A stretch of 64,000 bases of DNA from Phallusia mammillata (taxonomy: Eukaryota), in contig OZ281497.1 of NCBI GenBank assembly GCA_965637545.1, positions 18,228,001 to 18,292,000 of the forward strand, written 5' to 3'. This document shows positions 59,050 to 64,000 of this stretch, in pieces. A model generated the notes under the pieces. The model was given only the letters and a program-made list of their open reading frames with translations, was not told where the DNA came from and ran no database searches. The first letter of the stretch is position 1; every line of letters begins with the position of its first letter. The position numbers and the translations under genes were made by a program.

Positions 59050-62000
59050 TTTGTCAAAGTACACATACTATAAAAACTTCCGGTTGTTTAACTTATCCCC
59101 ACACCATAGTAAATCACCTAAAGTAAAATAAACAAAGCTGCGTGATTGTTGCGTAACAAACAAACAATCGGCGCCAACTTTCTTTGTGCAATCAACAACA
59201 AAAAAAGAAATGAAGATTGAAGATTACTTCTCGTGTTAAGTTTCTTGAATTTGAAAGCAGTGTGTTTAGTTATATAGTTTGCTACAAGGGCTGGGTCTTG
59301 TTTATTCCACGAATTAGTATTAAACCATCATTAAATGGAAAAAAGCATAGCCGTGTTTTAGACAGAAAGTTAATGAGTTTGTATACAACTGCATGGAATT
59401 TTTGAGAAATTTATTTTCGTAAAGGTAATATGGTTATTGTATTTTTACATACATATATGATTTTTTTTAAAGAACCACACCAAACATGGCGAGCTGCCGA
59501 CAGCGGGTCAAATGCGGCCATGTTTATTAGTCTTATGCTTCTGATATAATATCAATCGATCGTTTACCGGTACGTTTTAAAATCGTTTTAGTTCTTTCTA
59601 CTTTAGATTTACCACATACACATTTTAAAGCTTTGAGTATGTAAATTTGTCATTTACTTTGATTTAGTTACAAGCTACGGCTATTTAGATGTGGTAATTA
59701 GCAAATGTTTTTTATCAGCATTATATGTCATCCACACACGCCCAGGACACACAAATAATTACACAAGAAAGCTCTCAGGCTCGTTCGGTTCTGTCGCAAG
59801 TCACGTTTGATTTGAAGTGCAAAGTACGACGGTGGTAGCACGTTTGTTTCGTTTGTACCAACAACGGTAACGATGTGATGACATTAATCAAGCTCCGATC
59901 AAAATTTGCTGAGTAAATAACTCAGGTGTCACCGAGCTAGGAGATGCTTTCACCAACGACAGGGTTCTGTGCTTTTGCGCCCTGCGATGTAGTGCGGCCT
60001 CCATTTATCAATATGTTTCACATTTGCTGGGTAATTAAATTTGGCCCAGCATTGCTCTTTGCGGCGTTCTACCGTGTTTTAGCGTCGGTTACTCGCTTTT
60101 GATTTCTCAGTTATTCATACGTGTGGACGGTCATTTAATAGCGGGACACGGCCGCCAATGACATGAACAAACAAAACTGTGTTGATTCGCCACTTGATCC
60201 TTATCTGGATCCATGGAAGCATACATGCCCGTCTGCTTAACGTTGTTTCTAGTTACCGCTCATGGGGATTTATTCTGTGTTACTGACGTTGTTAGGTTTT
60301 CGATATTAAAGTTTTACCCAGGCACCACACTGCGACGTTTTACAGTTTGTTGAACTTAAATGCATAACTATTCCTATTGTATCAATTAATCGGATTCATT
60401 TTTGATTGCGTGGAATACATCCAGAAGATTACCGTAAATACGAGATCGGTTGAAAACAAACATCTTTAAAGCGAAAGAGAATAGAACAGACCGCATGCAA
60501 AAGTGACAATTCGCCTTACGCGCACAGTTGCGACAAACATATCGCTGGGCACAGCGGGCGCACAAATTAACCATCTGCTAACGGCCGCTGATAAATTCGA
60601 TTTGCCATATCGACGTTATTTTTTATTTATTGTCAATGGCGAGCAGTCGATGGCACGCGAATATCGCGCGTCTATTCGCGTTGAACAAATTACGTTACCT
60701 GTCAGTAGATCCCAAGGCGCCGTTCGGTCATACACATCCACTGGCCGCGTAGATAAACTGCGATTAAAACAACAGTGTATTGGCCCGTTAATATTGGCCA
60801 AATGAACCAAGCCCCCTGAGGGCGATGGCTATTGTGTTTTATACGCACCGATCGACGACGTTATTGTGTTAAGCATCTGATGACTTTTTGTTGTGCAACT
60901 AAGCAGGTTGCAACGACGGAAATACTCGACCGAATTCGGGGATTGACTTGCTAGAATGGAAACTAAAAAAGTTTGCCCAAATACGATTTAAACGCCGACA
61001 AACATATGCGTTATCGTAAGGAAAATCGAAATCAAACGCTTCTCCAAATTCCACCTCGCTGCAAATGGTGAATAATCGCCATAAAATATTTCTGTTAAAA
61101 AGATAAATATTGTGATAGTTTGTACATAGTTGTACTAAACAAATTTTAAATTAGCCTGAAGATAAAATTTAAATAATATCGGTTGTCATCGCAAAGACAT
61201 TTAATTTTGGTAAAAAGCGCCAAAATGGATTGCATAGTAACCCTGTTTAAAGTTAATCATCTGCATCTTGATAAGATGTCAGGAGGACACAGACGGCAAT
61301 TTCTCATTTTGCCAAGCGTGCGCAAGTCGGGGCTGGGAGTTGACACGGCGCCTTTGAGGAATATATCTATTGGTTTAGGTACAAGAGTTTAATTTGACGA
61401 TAAGCCTGATAAGCTTGGAGGAGAAAAAGGCCCATCTAGTGGAAAATGTCCCAGTACACTTGGCCCCGAAAGCATAACAGCTCATTTTGTTCAGATTTCG
61501 ATCATTTACCAACAGTATTAATGATGTTGATAATATTATCGTTGTAGCGATAAGGGCCCCTCCTGTATTGCTTTTTGGCAAACGCAGATGCAACCTAAAG
61601 CGATTTGTACAAGAACTGTCCGGAAAAATAATATTTTATTATGGGCGTGGGCGATGTTGATTCTTTGCACTTCAAATTCAGTAATTGATGTTACATAATG
61701 CTGAGGCCAAGAACAATAAACGTGTTAATGTGACAAACGTGCCCGACCGACCAAGCCAATGCATGTGTACCTTATCTTGAAAGCGCACCGCGCTCTTAAT
61801 GCATCGTGTATTGTATGTTCACGGCCTCAAGGGCTATTAGTGCCGCCCCGCTATGTTTAATCGCCGCACTCAGCATGGCAAGGTGAGGTGTTTGCTATAA
61901 ACCAGTTATTTCCGTTGACCCTTTGCGTGACAGATTGCTCATACGGATTGGCACGCATATGTTTTATTGCATTTAGCAGAATGGACTTACCCATTATCCT

Positions 62001-64000
62001 AAAATAGTTGGAGACATGCAATAAATGGGCGAAGGCAACGCAGTCAGTCGATTTTGTGATAAGAGTTAGGTGTCAAAAAGATTAAATTATGGTTTTGAAT
62101 GACTAAGAGGTTTTGAGTAAGCGTGGGCAACAGAGTATGAATTGCCTTGAATTTTAGACACAATGCGACTTGACTAGGATTTTTGTCTTGGCACTTGGTC
62201 GACCCCGGGTTTACGTGGATCTCAAAACGATAATATCGTTGAGTCGGCTGCAGCAAGTGCCCCGACCCGGGGAGAAACTGAAGTTGCTTACGCCACAAGC
62301 GTTTCATGCGACATTGCAAATGACTGTCATCGCGATCTACAGTGTTGCCGATAAGAGAAGATAGGAAGATTGGTAATTACGACGACCTCCGTTGCATATC
62401 CCACACCGCTTTCAATCGACATTTGGGCCAAACGCTGAGGTCTTTGTTTGAACGAGGAGCATTGTGCATTTTGCAGATTTGAACTTCGTTTGCATATGGT
62501 TTATGTTCCACATAATTAAAAGAAAAGGTAGAGCCTCACGTAACTTAAATTGTTACCAAAAAAATATTTTTAGTTGTGAAAGGATTTTTTATGTTTGTCG
62601 GCCGAACATGTTTTACATAAAAATATGTTTTACTAGAATTTAAAGCCGTACAGTGAAATTAGGGCTGCATGTATGTTATATGGGTACCTTGCCAAAAGAT
62701 GAGGTTTTAATCGAGGCGGAAAGTTAATCTATGAGCAACATTTGTTTTGGATTTAAATACGCCACACGGTGTATCAATGTTTATGTGGCCCACAAAACAT
62801 GTCGGTCGGGGCTTTGTGCAAGCTTTACATTTAAATACAGCAGCAGCAGCAGTGTAGCCGATAGGGATGAGAATTTATTGGTGTCAACTGGCATCCCAGA
62901 CGGAGATAAGTTGAGACAATATCTGAAGCCATTTGATAAGAATTGTTTAGCGCGCACCTCGCGTTGTTTGGCCTCCTGCGGGTTTATCCACCCAAAGTGT
63001 GACGAGCAATAAATTACGGCAAAAGCTTTGGCGCGGCTGATTGTTTGGAATACGGTCGCATGCGCGGAACCCGCTACTGTTGTCGCATTGTCGCACGAAC
63101 GTCGTGTCACTTTATGGATGAATAATGGCGTTTGCTTTCGTGAAAAATTACCAGGCTGTCGAGAGCAAAGATCTCCCAAAGAGCGAATGCCGAGGACGAG
63201 TCAAATTACTTGCGATGTTTGCGTTTTGAATAATTGGCCTTGTGTATCGATACGAAAAGCCGGCGCGTTATGGAATATACACGACCTATACAAACAGGCT
63301 ACTCCCTCTCTCTGCATTCAAACATCGCCGATGGAGTATATTTTTAAAATGCATCAAAAATTCAGCGCCAGATGTTCCTTTCATTATGTGAACCACCTCT
63401 ATTTGCCACATGAAATTTTGTCGTGCTGTTCGTTTATCATCGCGACGGCCGCATTTTGAAAATTAATAATTGCCGCAATAAATTCAAAAAGACAACATCG
63501 TGTGGACTGGTGGATGATTGTTTTGTTGAATAAATACGCTCGAAATAATTCGTACGGTAGTAATAATTTCGTAGCGCATGACTAAAATAAACGACTCAAA
63601 TGTTATTGCTATTTGTGAAGTACATTTATTCAAATATATATGTAGAAATATATATTTAAGGTTTGGTAAAATATTACAACTGGAAGTTTATTAAAGCAAT
63701 TTAAGATAACCACATTTGAGGCATGTTTTCGCTGTTAAGATTTTCGGCTTGGAGATTTGTTTAGTGCAATTGTGTTGCTATGTTGTCTTTCAACAAGCGA
63801 AAAAAACTCAACTCAGCTCAGTCGCAAAACTGTTACAATATGTTCAATATCATTAAATGTTTTTAAATTGCGTGCCCAGAATTGGCCCCCAAACCTTTTG
63901 CAACAGTAGTGTTTCTGATAAAAGACAGCATTCCAGTGAGTCGATCGCTGACCAAATATCGCTCATCTGCTGCCCCGAGTCGCGACGCGAATCTTTTCCT

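Noticed and set aside
59100-64000. Scattered 60-140-aa ORFs at the window end
   Set aside because: No homology, coherent exon chain or motif; likely non-coding flank.
1-64000. CRISPR arrays, prokaryotic operons or defence systems, rRNA, intact tRNA
   Set aside because: The sequence is intron-containing eukaryotic DNA; no regularly spaced repeat-spacer array or complete cloverleaf was seen.

Overview
Eukaryotic genomic DNA from a compact, gene-dense animal genome. Many GT-AG introns are only 56-70 nt and the gene set is chordate-like, so a tunicate (ascidian) is plausible; this is inference. I assembled seven protein-coding genes by hand from splice sites and reading phase: the 3' end of ATP6AP1, an orphan type-II membrane protein, SLC35E3 (-), a ~1645-aa orphan signalling/cytoskeletal scaffold (-), a BarX homeobox gene (+), a 28-exon TTC41/GNN-like DUF4062-NTPase-TPR gene (+) and M1AP (-). 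The interval 6.1-14.1 kb is a nest of non-autonomous hAT MITEs. Most are Buster/Charlie type with nnnTAnnn 8-bp TSDs, and one carries a transposase relic split by a 220-bp foldback element with a 9-bp TSD. By contrast, ~30 kb around the scaffold gene and BarX is almost free of these elements and contains candidate TF-site clusters. Two copies of a tRNA-derived SINE-like repeat are present. No rRNA, intact tRNA or CRISPR was seen. The best leads are the orphan scaffold (Grb2-type YxN cluster, DACT/FAM89/LURAP-like zipper, DAD-like and WH2-like motifs, PDZ ligand), a clear BarX in a probable tunicate, and identically placed ATGA-overlapping uORFs on the two convergent germline-type genes. All family assignments come from recalled motifs; no database search was run.
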